A stretch of 64,000 bases of DNA from NCBI GenBank assembly GCA_039096225.1, contig JBBPEB010000028.1, positions 880,499 to 944,498 of the forward strand, in the 5' to 3' direction. The position numbers and the translations under genes are program-made. Position 1 is the first letter of the stretch; each line of letters begins with the position of its first letter. Positions 1-16,193 of this stretch are shown one piece after another. Under the pieces are notes generated by a model. It saw only the letters and a list, made by a program, of their open reading frames with translations. It searched no databases and had not been told where the DNA came from. The stretch comes from Blastocystis sp. Blastoise (Eukaryota > Protista > Bigyra: Opalinata).

Positions 1-222
1 AAGTATTTATTTTTTATTATATACTATAATTTTTTATTATTATATGTTTTTTTTTATTTTATTATATGGTGTTTTTTATTATTATATAATATCATTTTTA
101 TTATTATATGGTGTTTTTTTGTTATTATTTCTGTATTATTTTATATTATACTAAAGTAGACTATACTTAGTAATAATAAATTAGTATGTATTACTAAAAT
201 ACCATAAACTATCTCTATATAG

Positions 223-1565
<1,343 letters not shown>

Positions 1566-1872
1566 GATAGAATTAGCGCAAATAGATTCATAGTTTCTAC
1601 TGTAAGTCGTGAGATATAATGAAAAACTTTGTTGATCATGTAATTATTTTTTTTTTGTTTTTTCTTTAAACTATAAATATCGATCTTTCGTCGTATTTAC
1701 GTATTACTCACATAAAAAATAAATAGAGAAACATCATAAAAAGAAGATTTTTTGAAAACACAACCTAAACAAAAATAATCCTGAATAATTAAGAAACATC
1801 AAAGGAAATTCAAATAGTTTTATGAATAAATTGAATTTTAGTCTATTCTTCTTTATTTGCCTATAAAAACTG

Positions 1873-2660
1873 ATGGAAGACAATACGAAAGATATAAATC
1901 AGCAATCAAGCGAGAATAAGGAGCAATTCTATAAACAGAAATATGAAGAATGTTTAGTAACCATTGCTACACAAAAGAATGAGATTAATGCTTTGAAATC
2001 ATCGTTAATCACACTCTCTAAGAAGTTCTCTCCAGAATTTCATTATCAAAAGTACATTCTCATGGATCCAGCGGTACATGAGGAATATCAATGTCTCCAA
2101 GATAACTATTCTTTAGCGTATATATTGTATTATTTGTTTATATGTTTTTAATAATATTTTTATTACGTTTCTGTATTCATTTTTTGACTTCTATTGATAA
2201 TTATGTTTTATTATATTTTTTTCAGTCAAGATGATCTTCTTCATTCAAAAGAAGGTATGGGTAGTAATATATTTGATGTAGATACAATGGAATCGCGTAG
2301 AAACTTTGATAATTTATTGAAACAAGTATTTTTTTTTATTGTTATTTATTTTTTATGTTTTTCGCATATCAATATAAGCTATATAATAAATATATTATCG
2401 TTATATATGTTGTATATAGAATCCTATTGATAATAATATAAGTATAAGTGAAACTGATAAATTGAAATTGCAATTAATTGAACAAGAAAAAGACACAATC
2501 TCTCTCAAGAATACATGCGTATATAAATAGAATTATTAATTGTTTAATATTATTGTTTATCATAAATATTATATATATGTATTATTTATTATTTATTATA
2601 TATAGGAACAATGTGAGAAATGGGTTCAAGAAGCTGAAAATCAAAGAGCAGAAATGTATA

Positions 2661-2717
<57 letters not shown>

Positions 2718-2739
2718 GTTATATATATATATATATATA

Positions 2740-2816
<77 letters not shown>

Positions 2817-3240
2817 TTCTAGGTACAAACAGATTTTTTATTTACAGCGTGATATGAATAAGACAGGTCCCTCTCGTACAGCGCGTCATCGTCGTAGTTA
2901 TGATTGTAGTCCAATAGTAAGTAAACCCAGTCGTCACAGTTCAAGTGTAAGTCGATCTACTTCAAAAGAAAGAGAGAATTATCGTGAAAAAGATAAATAT
3001 AGAGATCGAAATAGAGATCGAGATAGAGAAAGAGAAAATAAAAAAGAAAGAGAAAGAGAAGATTCTAGAATTCGTGGAAAACGAGAAAATTCACGTGATC
3101 GTTCTTTATATAAAGATAGAGATTCTAAAAAATATAAATCAGAAAAACGAGATACTAATTACGATTCCCATGATTATGATAAGAAATCTGAAAGTGAACG
3201 AAGTAAACGCCGTCATAAGAGTCATGATTCAAGTGCTTAA
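1873..3240 (+). CDS. WTAP: WTAP/FIP37/Mum2-like m6A writer subunit with an RD/RE/S-rich tail (5 exons)
   Basis: Coiled-coil N-terminus with ILMDPAVHEEYQCL, resembling plant FIP37 LLDPAIHEEF. Exons join in frame through GT-AG introns. Confidence 0.65.
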
Positions 3241-3741
3241 TAAAGTTATATATATATAAAGTTATATATATATAAAATATAATATATATAAAATATAATA
3301 TATATAAGTTTTTTTTATTTCATTTTATAAAAATTGGAGTTCATACATTTATATGTATTTACTATTGATCTTTATGATTTCATGTTGATATATATTTATT
3401 AATAATTTTTTATTTATTATTTATATAATTATATTTTTAATATGTTAACACCTATATATTTTCTCCTTTTTCTTTTTCGTAACTTTATATGTGTTTCATT
3501 ACTTTTATTTTAATTCTTATATGATTTTCTAAGTTTTGATATCGTTTTGCTCTTTATAAGCATTTATTATGTAAATAAATGTTTTGATTAACCAGATTTC
3601 ACAAAAATATACTATTCAAAGTTATTTATTAGATAGATCTCGACTTGCCTATTTCTAAACAATAATTTTATGACAATAATATCATCATTACATGGTTTAA
3701 ATAAGAAAAAGAAAAAACAAATTATTTCCCAAGGGACTTTT

Positions 3742-5822
3742 ATGAATGCTGTTTTTGACTTGAATATGGATTCTCTTCATCCAGAGTCACATGAGGATGA
3801 TTTGTTTAGTATGAGCATGATACTATTTAATGATTAAGAAATTTAGCGAACAAAATATCAGAAATTGATTCTGTCATTGGTACTATAAAACATAATAAAT
3901 CATTCAGACATATGCTAGCCAACTGTCACGTAGATGAGAATGGTCAATTCATGGCAACTAAGCCATCAAAGTATATTTTGCGAATAAAATTTCTTTATTT
4001 CGTTAGTTTTATTCGTCCAACTATTACTAATTTGAATAAGGAGGATGTAGATACATGGTCTTTCTGTTGGATGAAAAGTATTGATTGCTATATTCCTCAA
4101 GAACAACAGAATGAGTCTAAAACTGATATTATGTCGTATATCTTATAATTAAAAAGATGATATTATGTTATATACAATAATTATATGCTTTTCGATATTC
4201 ATTCATATAATATAAATAGTTATAACGATGAATTGATACACGATAAGAATTTTTATAATCCTTATGGTTTGCATAATATGATATTATGTTATGATATTAC
4301 AGAGTTTATCTCATTATATCGTGATTTATCATTCCCAAAAGAACAGCAGTATGAAACTATTCGATTAAATCAAGAATCGAAATGGGCCCAACAAAGGTAT
4401 ATAGTGATATATATTTATAATAGTTTCCTTTATGTATAAATTATATATATTTATATTTTATATTCATTATTGTTTCAGTTATTCTATAAATTATATATAT
4501 TAATTAATTATTATTAATATATGTATATATATATATATTTTATATTTATTATTGTTTCAGTTATTCTATAAACTATATTAATTAATTATTATTATTATAT
4601 ATATATATATAGATTAGAAAGAGGTATAGAGTATGCAAGAATGAATGATTATATACATGCTATTAAATGTTATAATGAATCACTTAATCTTATTCCCGAT
4701 TTCACCGAAGCATATACTGCTAGAGGCGCAGCATATATATATATATTTACTATATATTATATATATATTATATATTTATATTTACTATATATTTTTTATT
4801 ATGTTTTTGTTCTAGCAACATCTTATCTTTTATATATATTATTATTTATTCTATTATCTATAAAACAGTTATGTATTAATATCTTTTAATCGTTTGTTAA
4901 TTTTTCATATATTCTATTCTTTTGCTTATTAAAAATCAATACTAGATTTATACTTCTATTTTTTTACTATATACATATATATTCCTAGAATAAGTGTAAA
5001 TATATATATATATATAGATATATTAAACAGCAGAAATACAAAGAAGGAATACATGACTTTGAAACAGCTCTTTCTATTGATAAGAATACTCCAAATGCGA
5101 AAGATTATCTACAAAAAGCAATGTCCATGGTATAGAAGAATATATATATGATATATTCAAATTTCTTTATATTCATATATATGTATGATATATTCAAATC
5201 TCTTTATATTCATATATATATATATTATAATATACTTCTTCAAATATATAAGTATTACTCTCTAATTTTATTTGTATTTATTTAGATGAATAGAGAACGA
5301 AAAGTAAATTCTTCGTTTGTATCTACATATTATTCATCGCTTCAATCGTCTTCTTCTTCTTCTTCTTCTCTTCCTTCATCTATATCAACTACTAGACAAC
5401 AAGATAAAGATTCTACAACATATAAAGATTCTATAAATAAAAAATCAATGGAACAAGTCGATAAGGAACTTTTAGAATTATTAAAAAATGTATTTTAAAT
5501 ATTTATATTTTATAATTATTTATTATTTTATTTTATTTTATTATTATAATCATCATCATTTATTATATATATTATTATTATATTCTATATAATATATATA
5601 TATATATAGAAAACAAAGTATTCTAGTCGAGATAAGAATGATGATTGCTATTCCCATCATTATTCCCGTGATTCTTCTAGACATCATCATAGTCATCATT
5701 CTCATCACAAACATTCTACAGACAGTCCTTCTTATCATTCTAGAGACAAAGAAAACAGTCATTCAATTCATAGACACAAATCAAGATCTCAATCAAAAAC
5801 TAAGAATCCTAATAATTTATAA
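3742..5822 (+). CDS. TTC14: TTC14-like TPR protein with a Ser/His/Arg-rich tail
   Basis: TPRs WAQQRLERGIEY...AIKCYNESLNLIPDF and EAYTARGAAYIKQQKYKEGIHDFETALSIDKNTPNAKDYL, with FYNPYG upstream. One intron (4733-5017) needs an AT donor. Confidence 0.7.
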
Positions 5823-6299
5823 TATATAAATATAGTATTTATAACAATTCATAAATAATAATAATCATCTATTTTTCTTTCAATATGACTATTTTAAACT
5901 TTTCTACTTTTTTGTGTTATTATATTTTTTATGTATATTTCAATTCTTTTCTTCGTATTTATAACGATACAAAAATCGTGTCAATATCTTGTATATATTT
6001 TTTATTTTTGTTGTTCAAAACTATCTTGTTATATTAAATTCATTCTAGTCTGTAATTATATCAAGAAATACGAAGATATTCATTATATTTTAATATCACA
6101 TTATCTCATTCATTTGTTTTATAATAGATAGAAAAATATACTCAATAGAGACTACATATCAATCACTTTATTTATATAAAAAGTCCTTCTATCTCCTACA
6201 AAATTGTCTTTTTCCCATTCATAATCTTTTATAATCTATATGAATAAAATAGAAGGATTCGATGAACAAAACACATGTATATATACATATATATTAATA

Positions 6300-6725
6300 T
6301 TATGTTTGTTTTTGTTCAGGACAAGAAACAATTTTGATTTCATTTGTGTCTAAAATACATTCGTCGTCTATAGAAATAGTTGAAGAATTTAACTCATATT
6401 TCCAGTAATCATCATATAAATTATAATTTTCCACTTGGCCATTGATTTCGCCATGAGGTAATATATCCTTGTTTTTCTTGAAATAATTCATAACAACCTA
6501 TAGAACATAAATAAGAGATGTGTTGAATTTCTATATGAACTCAAATGTAGTCATTATTCATATATATACATGATCAAATTTATAGAGTATAAGTTGACAT
6601 TGTTCCTCAGAGAGTTTTTTCTTTTCTTTTAGTTCATCTAATGTTGTTATCAATGACTTACCTATTGTAGAGTATCTATATATTTGTAGGTCGTCATTCG
6701 AAATTGGTGAACTCATTTCATTCAT
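6300..6725 (-). CDS. TOA2: Transcription initiation factor IIA gamma subunit (2 exons)
   Basis: QIYRYSTIGKSLITTLDEL...ILYKFD and GQVENYNLYDDYWKY...IKIVSC match the TFIIA-gamma pattern YRxTTLGxSLxxxLDEL / YRFCDNVW / KIVAC. Confidence 0.85.
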
Positions 6726-6915
6726 AAGAACCTATTCACAATAATCCAATACTTTCAAGACCTCAATATAGAATAAATTATAAATTTCAGACTAGTATAA
6801 TGTAATAATTTAGTTTATTAAAATTTATCTTAATTTTTTTTTGAAAATAAAAAACAGGTTTACTAAATTTCCAAGAATAATTCAGTTACTTTTTTATTTT
6901 TACTTTTTAGAAGCA

Positions 6916-7615
6916 ATGAATATTCAAAAAGAGATATCTCGATTGAATGAAGATGAACTGATGCAAAGTACTCCTTTCGAGGCATCTTGGCATAGACAAT
7001 ATGAAAATAAACCATGGATCTATGTTGGTGGTTTAGCAAATGAACTTACTGAAGGTGATGTGATATGTGTATTCTCACAATGGGGTGAAATTGAAGATAT
7101 TACATTAGTTCGTGATAAAGATACAGGAAAATCAAAAGGATTTGCTTTTATTCGTTATGAGAATTGGTTATCTACTGTTCTTGCAGTAGATAACATGAAT
7201 GGAACAAAAGTATATATATGTTTTTTGGATAATAACATACTTTTTATTTAATTATTCAACGATAATAAATAATTTTTAAGTATAGCTTCTCGATAGATCG
7301 TTGACTGTGGACCATAAACCAAATTATAAACCTCCAAAAGAAGTAGATGAACAATATGAGAAGAAAAAGAAAGACTCTGTGACATCTCATAAAGATAATT
7401 ATCATTCTAGAAGACATTCACCAAGTCATTCTCATTCTAGAAGACGTTCACCAAGTCGTTCTGATTCAAGATCACGTTCTCGTTCTTCTCATCGTCATTC
7501 ACATTCTTCTCATCGTCATTCACAATCTTCTCGTTATCATAATTCAAAACATAATAGTCATTCATACTCACGATCAAGAAGTCCTGCATCAAGAGATTAT
7601 CATAGAAGGCATTAA
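6916..7615 (+). CDS. RBMX2: RES complex RRM protein RBMX2/Snu17/Ist3 with an RS tail (2 exons)
   Basis: SWHRQYENKPWIYVGGL, LTEGDVICVFSQWGE, RDKDTGKSKGFAFIRYE, STVLAVDNMNG, TVDH. Confidence 0.95.
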
Positions 7616-8275
7616 ATAAATAAATACATATATTTTTTTAAAGTATTACGTATTTCTTTTTCTTCTTGAATTCTATTATTTTTGTCTTTATGTGTTTCCT
7701 GTATCAATAGTTTTGTAGATAAAAAATAATAAAGTAATTAATAAGAGAATTCGTTTATTTGCTGCAATTTGGTCAAAGTTGTTATTCTTTTATAAGCTAC
7801 TCTTGTCACATTCACATTAAAAATAAAATATATGATCACTCATACATATTTCATAAGAATATACTTAGAAAAAAGATCATTTTCATTTCTTTTTATTAGA
7901 ATTATCAATGTGAATTCTTTGAATAGACTTTAAATATCGTATAGAATAGTTCTTGAATACAAATCTGACGATATTTATATGATTTTTACACAATCCAGAA
8001 TTATTACTTTTGTTTTTCAAATATAAATAGTGAAATATATTTATAATATTATGTCATATAAGAATATAACACATATAATGAAGAATAAGTTTTGTAAATC
8101 AAAATAAATGAAGAATATCTTGAAGAAAGTTGTTGAATCTAATAATCACAAAAATCACATCTAAAATACTAGAGATTTGAGAAAAACAGATGAAAAAGAT
8201 TATTTTTTAAAATGGAACAAATAAATAAATTTTATTCTCTTTTCATATTATATTTTGTGATTAAATATATCGGAA

Positions 8276-9555
8276 ATGGCTGAGACTGCTACAGTAGCTG
8301 CTACTACAGCTGAACCCCAAGGTCAAGTTGACGATGGACTGACTAATATTTTGCCAAAGACAACATGGTGTTTAGAAGATTTTGATATCGGTAAACGTCT
8401 TGGAAAGGGCCGTTTTGGTCGTGTATACCTTGCTAAGGAACGTAAAAGTGATTTTGTGGTTGCTTTAAAGGTTATTCAGAAAAGTGAATTGACGAAGAAC
8501 AAAGTTGAAAAGCAATTAAGAAGAGAAATTGAAATTCAAACGCATTTAAGACATAAGAATGTATTACGTATGTATGGTTATTTCCATGATGATAAGCGTG
8601 TGTTTTTGATTCTTGAATATAGTCCTAATGGTGAATTATATGCTGATTTAGTGAAGAAGAAGAAGTTTTCTGAAGAACGTTCTGCCATTTTAATGAAAGC
8701 TTTATGTGATGCTCTTCATTATTGTCATGAAAAACATGTTTTCCATAGAGATATCAAACCAGAAAATATTTTAATAGGATATAATGTATGCTTGAAATGT
8801 TTTTTTTTTAATAAATTGATTGATTCTTTTTATATTTATTAATTATGTTATATTTATTACATTCATTATTATTATATTTATTATTATTATGTTATATTTA
8901 TTATTATATTTAATTATGATTCTATATATATAAATATATATATCTATAGGATGAGCCAAAAGTCGCTGATTTCGGTTGGTCTGTTCATGCTAATCAGACT
9001 CGACGTACCACCTTATGTGGCACATTAGATTATCTACCCCCTGAAATGGTCCTTAGTAAACCTCATGATCATACTGTATATATATAGTTATAGTTATTTA
9101 TTATATAATAATAATATCTCAAAAATTAATAATAATATAATAATAATAAAAAAAGAATTCTATTATATTTTAATATAAACTATATATTAATAAAAAATTA
9201 ATATATATATATATATATATGCAGATATATGGTGTTTAGGTGTATTAACTTATGAGTTTTTAGTTGGTCATCCTCCATTTGAAGCTGAAGGGAAAGATGC
9301 TACTTTTAAACGTATAACAAAATGTGATTTACAATTCCCTCCTACTGTATCTCTCTTAGCACAAGACTTCATTCGTAAAGTAAATTATTCATTTTTGTTT
9401 ATTATTTCTTATACTATATATTTATTCTATATTAATTAATTAATAATAATAAATATACATAGTTCTTGGTTTTAGAGCCTTCTCAGCGTATTGATTTAGC
9501 TACTGTTCCGTATCATCCTTGGATCGTCAAGTATTGTGGTGAACCTGAAAACTAA
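8276..9555 (+). CDS. AURK: Aurora kinase (4 exons)
   Basis: [65 protein letters not shown]. The intron 2 acceptor is anomalous. Confidence 0.97.
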
Positions 9556-9860
9556 ATACTATATATATATATATATTCTAATCATTTTATATTGAATGCT
9601 TAATCATTCTTATTTCTGCGCTATTGTCACTATATATGGCTTGTTTTAATATTATTTATCATTAATTAACAACACTATGAGTAATTGTTTTACTAGTATG
9701 AAATAAATCAATTATAAACATTGCTTTTTGAAATGCATACGAGAGACATCATTATTATTTTGTATTATAAACTATATCAATTGTGTCAACAGGAAAAACT
9801 TAAAATAACAATAAACCAAATAAATAAAACATATATATAAGAACAATGAATTAAGAATAA

Positions 9861-11070
9861 TTAAGCAGAAATCAGTGCATTTCGAATAATAGTAGTGACT
9901 TGATTACATCCATCAATACAATTAGCCATAGATTGAGCACATAAAAGACCTTCCATTGTTCCTTTGTGTGATACATAAACAACATTCTATATATATATAT
10001 ATATTTGTTAGTTATTAGATAATACAATAATAATAAATATATAATACATATATACTCTTGTAGAATTCATATATAATATATCTGTTTGTCCTGTAGCTCC
10101 TTCGAGTTCTTCTCCCGTTGGATCTGTAAGTATAATGTCATCTTTTATACACTATATAGTTATATATATATATATATAGATTTATCAATAATAAATATAA
10201 TAATAAATATAATAATAAATATAATAATAAATATAATAATAAATATAATAATAAATATAATAATAAATATAATAATAAATATAATAATAAATATAATAAT
10301 AAATATAATAATAAATATAATAATAATAATAAAACATACAGTTGTACATCCTCCAAGAAGACCATACATTTCGATTCCCGCGTTAGCAAGAGCGGTACTG
10401 GCAGCAAGACAACAAGGAATAAAAGATGCTAATATAAAGTATATAAATAATAATAATACTAATAATAATTATTATATAAATTAATGAATATATATAAATA
10501 TATATATATATACACCCGTCACTTTCTAGAATACATATATATATTTCAACCACTGACTTTGGGAAAGAGTTAATATTAACACAAGGAGTTAATGTAGATA
10601 CTACTTGAGCAGATAAATTTCTAGATTCATCATCCTAAAAGAAGAAACATAAAATAGCAAAAGAAAACAAAATGATTAAAAAGAAAACTGTATTAAAAAC
10701 AAAAATTTTTAAAAGAAAAACTTTATTAAAGCCTAACTATTCAGAATAAGAATACATATTTAGTATTAAAAAAAATATGATATTTTATATTCCAAAATAG
10801 TTATAAAAATATACATACTTGAATACGAGATCTGTATTGTGAACAAGAAAAAGGAGCATACTTGACATCACACCAGAGTTTACCTGAATCGCTGTATTCT
10901 CTTGAAAAAGGAGATTCACGTGGACCAAAAACACTGCAAATTACTTTTGTATTACCAATCTCAATGTAGCAACTACCTGTAGCTGTGGATACAGTTCCTG
11001 TACATACGCTCATTGTTCGAATCTGATTAGTTTTTCTGTTATCTTTTCTTTGTACTTTATTCATCTCCAT
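9861..11070 (-). CDS. MTR3: Exosome RNase PH-like subunit, MTR3/EXOSC6-like (4 exons)
   Basis: GSCYIEIGNTKVICSVFGPR, CDVKYAPFS, FPKSVVEIYIYVLESDG, STALANAGIEMY. Confidence 0.85.
10190..10322. repeat. 12-bp minisatellite (ATAATAATAAAT)n in an MTR3 intron
   Basis: About 11 tandem copies visible. Confidence 0.9.
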
Positions 11071-11861
11071 AACTCCCAAGACTCTATATAGATATCTGAT
11101 AGCAAAATAATGCAGATAAAGCAATAATACCTTTTATATACGCAAAAATTAAAATTTCCATAAAAATTCATTTCATTTTTTAAAGTTGGGTATTTATCTT
11201 ATACAGTTTATGAGAATTCTTTATAAGCTTCAATTATGAATGTTAGCTGCATTCTACGTTTATAGGAGTTATTCAGTATAGTTTCTAAGCGTTTTTTTCT
11301 GTTCAATCATATTCTCGTTGCTAGAATTGCGTATTGGCATTCAAATATATTTATAAGAAAATGCTCTAGATTTGAAGAGTATATTTATAATTTAGAAGAA
11401 TACTACTTATGATGAATAATCACAATTTTGGTTTATTTGAATTGATTATGATAAATATGATGATGAATTAAACATCCTTAATGTGATACGAAGCTTTTAT
11501 AAACAGAATATTAGAGAAATCTATAGAATTCAATAAATACAATCAATGAATTGTATTTTTGAATGCTGAAAAGGGTATATATTTCTTTGAACAGTCTTTA
11601 TTTTTATTATCATTGGCTTACAAATATATGAATATGATAATATCATAAATAAGTATGTGTTTACTAATTATTTAGAACAATTTATTATAAAAAGAGAAAC
11701 AAAACATAAAAAAATGAGAGTCAGGGTTCAAATAACAACGTTTATACAACTATTTTATTTTTATATATATTTTTTTTGATTAAAAAATGTGAAGACAGAT
11801 AAAATAATAAGTTAAAAAAAAAGAAATAGAGTACAAAAGAAAAAAAATTGAAAAATGATGT

Positions 11862-13729
11862 TTAAGAATTCATCGAAGTTAAAACATTTTCTAATTCTCC
11901 CATTAAAATAGTCCAATTTTCTGCTGCTAATTTGACATCTTCTGAAGCATCGAATGAAGGTGTCATAGCTAATGTATCTCCTTTATTAAAGAATGCAGTG
12001 AATATAGTAGCGTAGGGCTCTGTAGCTAAGAAATCAGGTATCATTTGAGCAGTAAGGGAATGAAAGAAACAATGTATGTTATTAATAATAATAATGATAA
12101 ATAGATAATAAATAGAATAATAAATAGAATAAATAATAAAAAAAAGAATACTAATAAATAGAATAAATGTAATAAATATAATAATAATAATAAAAAGAAT
12201 ACTAATAAATAGAATAAATGTAATAAATATAATAATAATAATAAAAAGAATACTAATAAATAGAATAAATGTAATAAATAGAATAATAATAAAAGATATG
12301 TTTCAGAAGCTAATATATTTAATAGAGTCGACGTCACTACATCTAAGTTTACAATATCACTGTCAATAACACTCTGAATACAATTCACTATATTTGTATT
12401 CACTTCTTGATCATTTTCTGTCCATTTATTTGTAGTATCTAACCATAATAATATATAAGGTAATAACACACCTAATATCACTTTCCAGCATGAAGGACAT
12501 AAATAAGGTTCAGCTTCTACTAATAATTTCTTACCCTATATACATATATAGTGGGTTTTTTATAGTATATAGTATTAATATATAGTATTTTATAGAATAT
12601 ATATATATAATATATATATATAATATATATATACTTTGATATGTTTCATCAGTTTAATAAGACTTTTATTCTTCACTGTAAAATTATTATCTTCTCCTTC
12701 TAAGAAGAAAGCCTGTTGAAGAGCTTTCACAGCATAAGTAAATCTCTATATATATATATATTATATATATATTATAGAACTAATTCTATGGAATCCAAAA
12801 AAATAATAAGATATATTATTTAATAAAAAAAAAATTAAAAAAAAAAACATAAAATAATAATAATAATATATATATATACATGATATTCTTCAGGATTTGG
12901 TTTCCCTCCATTATTTGAATTATAAAACTCTCGTCTTTTTATTTTATCGATATCTAATAATGCATCATAACCTTGCTATATATATATATATTAAAAAATA
13001 ATAAATAACAAAAATAATCGTATATAATACGAATATAAACATTATAATAAATAAAAATAATCGTATATAATACGAATATAAATATTATAAAATAAAACAA
13101 ATCATATATACTTCAATTCTAGCCATTAATTTCCATTGTGTACCTTTGAATCCATTTTCATTCGTATCTTCTTCAGTATCATTCAGAGAAGGAACATCTA
13201 TTAATAATCGTGGAGTACGAATATTATAACGAATATTAACGCCAAGTGCATGAGCTTTATTACTCCATTCTTTACTTTTCTTTAAAGAAATCTTTTTATC
13301 AAATTGAATACGTTCTCGAATTTGCTGTTCAACATGAGTTGGAATCGCACGAACTGGAGCATTTGATTCAGGATAAGGATTCATACTTTCATTAACACGA
13401 ATACGATAATAATCTTCAGAAAGATAATCATTCTCATATTGAATCGTATTAGCCATAGTAAGAACATACATTAATTCTTGAGGTCTCATATTCTTAGTTC
13501 CATTCATCATTTTCCAATTATATTCCATTTCCATAGGAGACATTTGAACTCCATTTGGCATCATTCCAGAGTAATATGGGTTTTGAGCATACATTTGAGG
13601 TTGAGATTGACGTTGAAAAGGAGCTTGCATAGGTTGCTGAGGAAGATTCTGAAAAGGTGGAGTTTGCTTTATCACTTCAGCTGCAGGAATGTCTTCTGGA
13701 GGCTTAGGACTGTTGTCAAATAAACTCAT
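11862..13729 (-). CDS. PAT1: PAT1 mRNA decapping activator (5 exons; last intron is AT-AC)
   Basis: Pro/Gln-rich N-terminus, DYLSEDYY, ALG...IRTPRLLIDV (cf. plant PAT1 ALGRV...IRRPRPLLEV), ARIEQGYDALLDID, KGKKLL. The start may lie further upstream. Confidence 0.8.
12052..12299 (-). other. U12-type AT-AC intron in PAT1
   Basis: Donor ac|ATATCTTTT, branch-like TTCTTTCAT, acceptor CCCTTAC|t. Restores the frame ...SET AQMIPDF. Confidence 0.8.
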
Positions 13730-14153
13730 ACTATTCTGAGAATCATAGGTTAGTCATATAATACTCATAAAATACTTTTTAAACACGAAATATCGAGTTA
13801 TTACTAGTTTGTTTATTTGTTTAAAAAAAAATGAAAAGAAAACAGACTCTATTTCTCAAGTAGCAAAAATGCATTACATTATAGCGATATAATTTTATCC
13901 CGCGGTATTTAATGCTAAATAGCTATAAAATCATGTTTTCCAATGAAAAACAAATGACAAATAAAAAGATTCAAAAGAGAAACTATTACTCATAATGATG
14001 TCACACTATCATTTCAAACATATTTTATATATAAATAAGCAAGACAATACATAGAAATTGTACATATATATATATAAATAAAGGTTTAAAGCAAAATTAC
14101 TCAATATAAAAATGAAAATATAAATAAATAAAAAAAAAAATAAATGATTTTCA

Positions 14154-14544
14154 TTAAAGATCACTAAAGAATGAGCTTTTCTTAGTTTTCTTGTTTTTAA
14201 TAGCAGCTTGACTCTTTGTTTTTGGTTGGAAACCTCGTTTCTTCTCTTCAAATACTTCATTCTCAATTTCTTCATCACTTGAAAAATCATCTCTAGATCT
14301 CATGGTTTCACGTTTTATTTGTTCTTTTAAAGATAAAGAAGCTTTAGATATATTCTTTTTCTTTTCTACTTGTTGTGATTTAGCAGTAACTTTAGTTCTT
14401 TGAGAAGTCTCTTTTTTATTCTTTTCTTTCTTTACTTGTTCTTTCTTATTTTGATTATCATCATTATCATTCGTTTTTTTAATTGTAGATTGATTTGAAT
14501 CAATATCTATATCATTATCTTCATCAACATTTAAGTTTTGTAAA

Positions 14545-14590
<46 letters not shown>

Positions 14591-15142
14591 CATTATTATC
14601 ACTATCTTTATCATCTTCATTATCATCATCTTCACTATCTTTATCATCATCTTCACTATCATCATCACTATCCTTTTCACTATCATCTTCATCACTATCT
14701 TTATCATCTTCATCACTATCCTTTTCACTATCATCATCTTCATCATCATCTTCATCACTATCCTTTTCACTATCATCATCATCATCATCATCTTCATTCA
14801 ATACAGAAACATCCCAAATACGTATAGCATTCTCACCATAAGTTGTACCTAAGAATTTTCTTGATTTGTTAAACTATATATATAGTATATAGATATACTA
14901 TTAAATAACGTCAACAATATATATATATAATATATTAAAAAAAAAATCTTATAAAAATAGCTAATAAAAAAAGATAGTATAAATATACTTTCATTGTTTC
15001 TACTGGATATCCTTTGTGTTGCCCAAGTATACCAATAAGTTTATTAGGTTGAATAGAGACAACTCTTAAATAACCATCGCAAGAACCTGTAACTACAGTA
15101 CTTTCATCGATTTTAAGAATACAATCAACACTTTGAGGATGA

Positions 15143-15203
<61 letters not shown>

Positions 15204-16161
15204 AATATAGTAAATACAGAGAGAGAAAAATAATAAAAGAAAAAAATAATATATGAAAAATAGTAAAACAAAAAAATTGAAAATATTAAAAATGTTTATT
15301 TGCTTATTAAAATGTTTTATATATATACATAATAGCAAAAAATTGATAATATATAAATAATATTCTTATTGTATAATATATATATACCTGCAATACGGTC
15401 ATGAATATTCTCCCATTCTCCCCAGTTAAATATATTAAGAGCGCCATTTTGAGTACCTATAACTACTTTATGACCATCCTATATATATATATATATAGAA
15501 TATAGAAGAGAAAATAATATATATATATATAATATAGAAGAGAAAATAATATATATATATATCTAGAATATCCAATACAAAAGATATTAAAATATATATA
15601 ATAATAATAAATAGATATAATAATCAGTATATATACTTTAACAGTACATATAGAGAGAAGTTCATCTTCTAGACTATCTGTTTGCCCTACAAATGACCGT
15701 GTGTTCATGTCCATTACCGCGAGACTTCCATCAGCACTATAGAATCATGAATAGGAATAAGAAGTATAAATATAGTATTAATAAGAAGTATCAATATATT
15801 ATTAATAATATAAATATATTATTAATAGTATAAATATATTATTAATAATATAAGTATATTATTAATAATATAAATATATTTTTAATAATATACAAATATA
15901 TTATTAATAATATAAATATACTATTAATAATATACAAATATATTATTAATAATATAAATACTTATTAATAGTATAAATATAATAATGATGATACAAAAAA
16001 ATCAATTGTCTATATACCTTGTCCATAAAAGTGTTTTTTGATCTTTATTATATTCAAATGCAGAAATATAATCTTCATTCTTTTTCATTAGTTTAATACA
16101 AGATCTAGAATCACGAATATCCCATAACTATAATGAAATCATAATTATAGAAGATTAAAAG

Positions 16162-16193
<32 letters not shown>

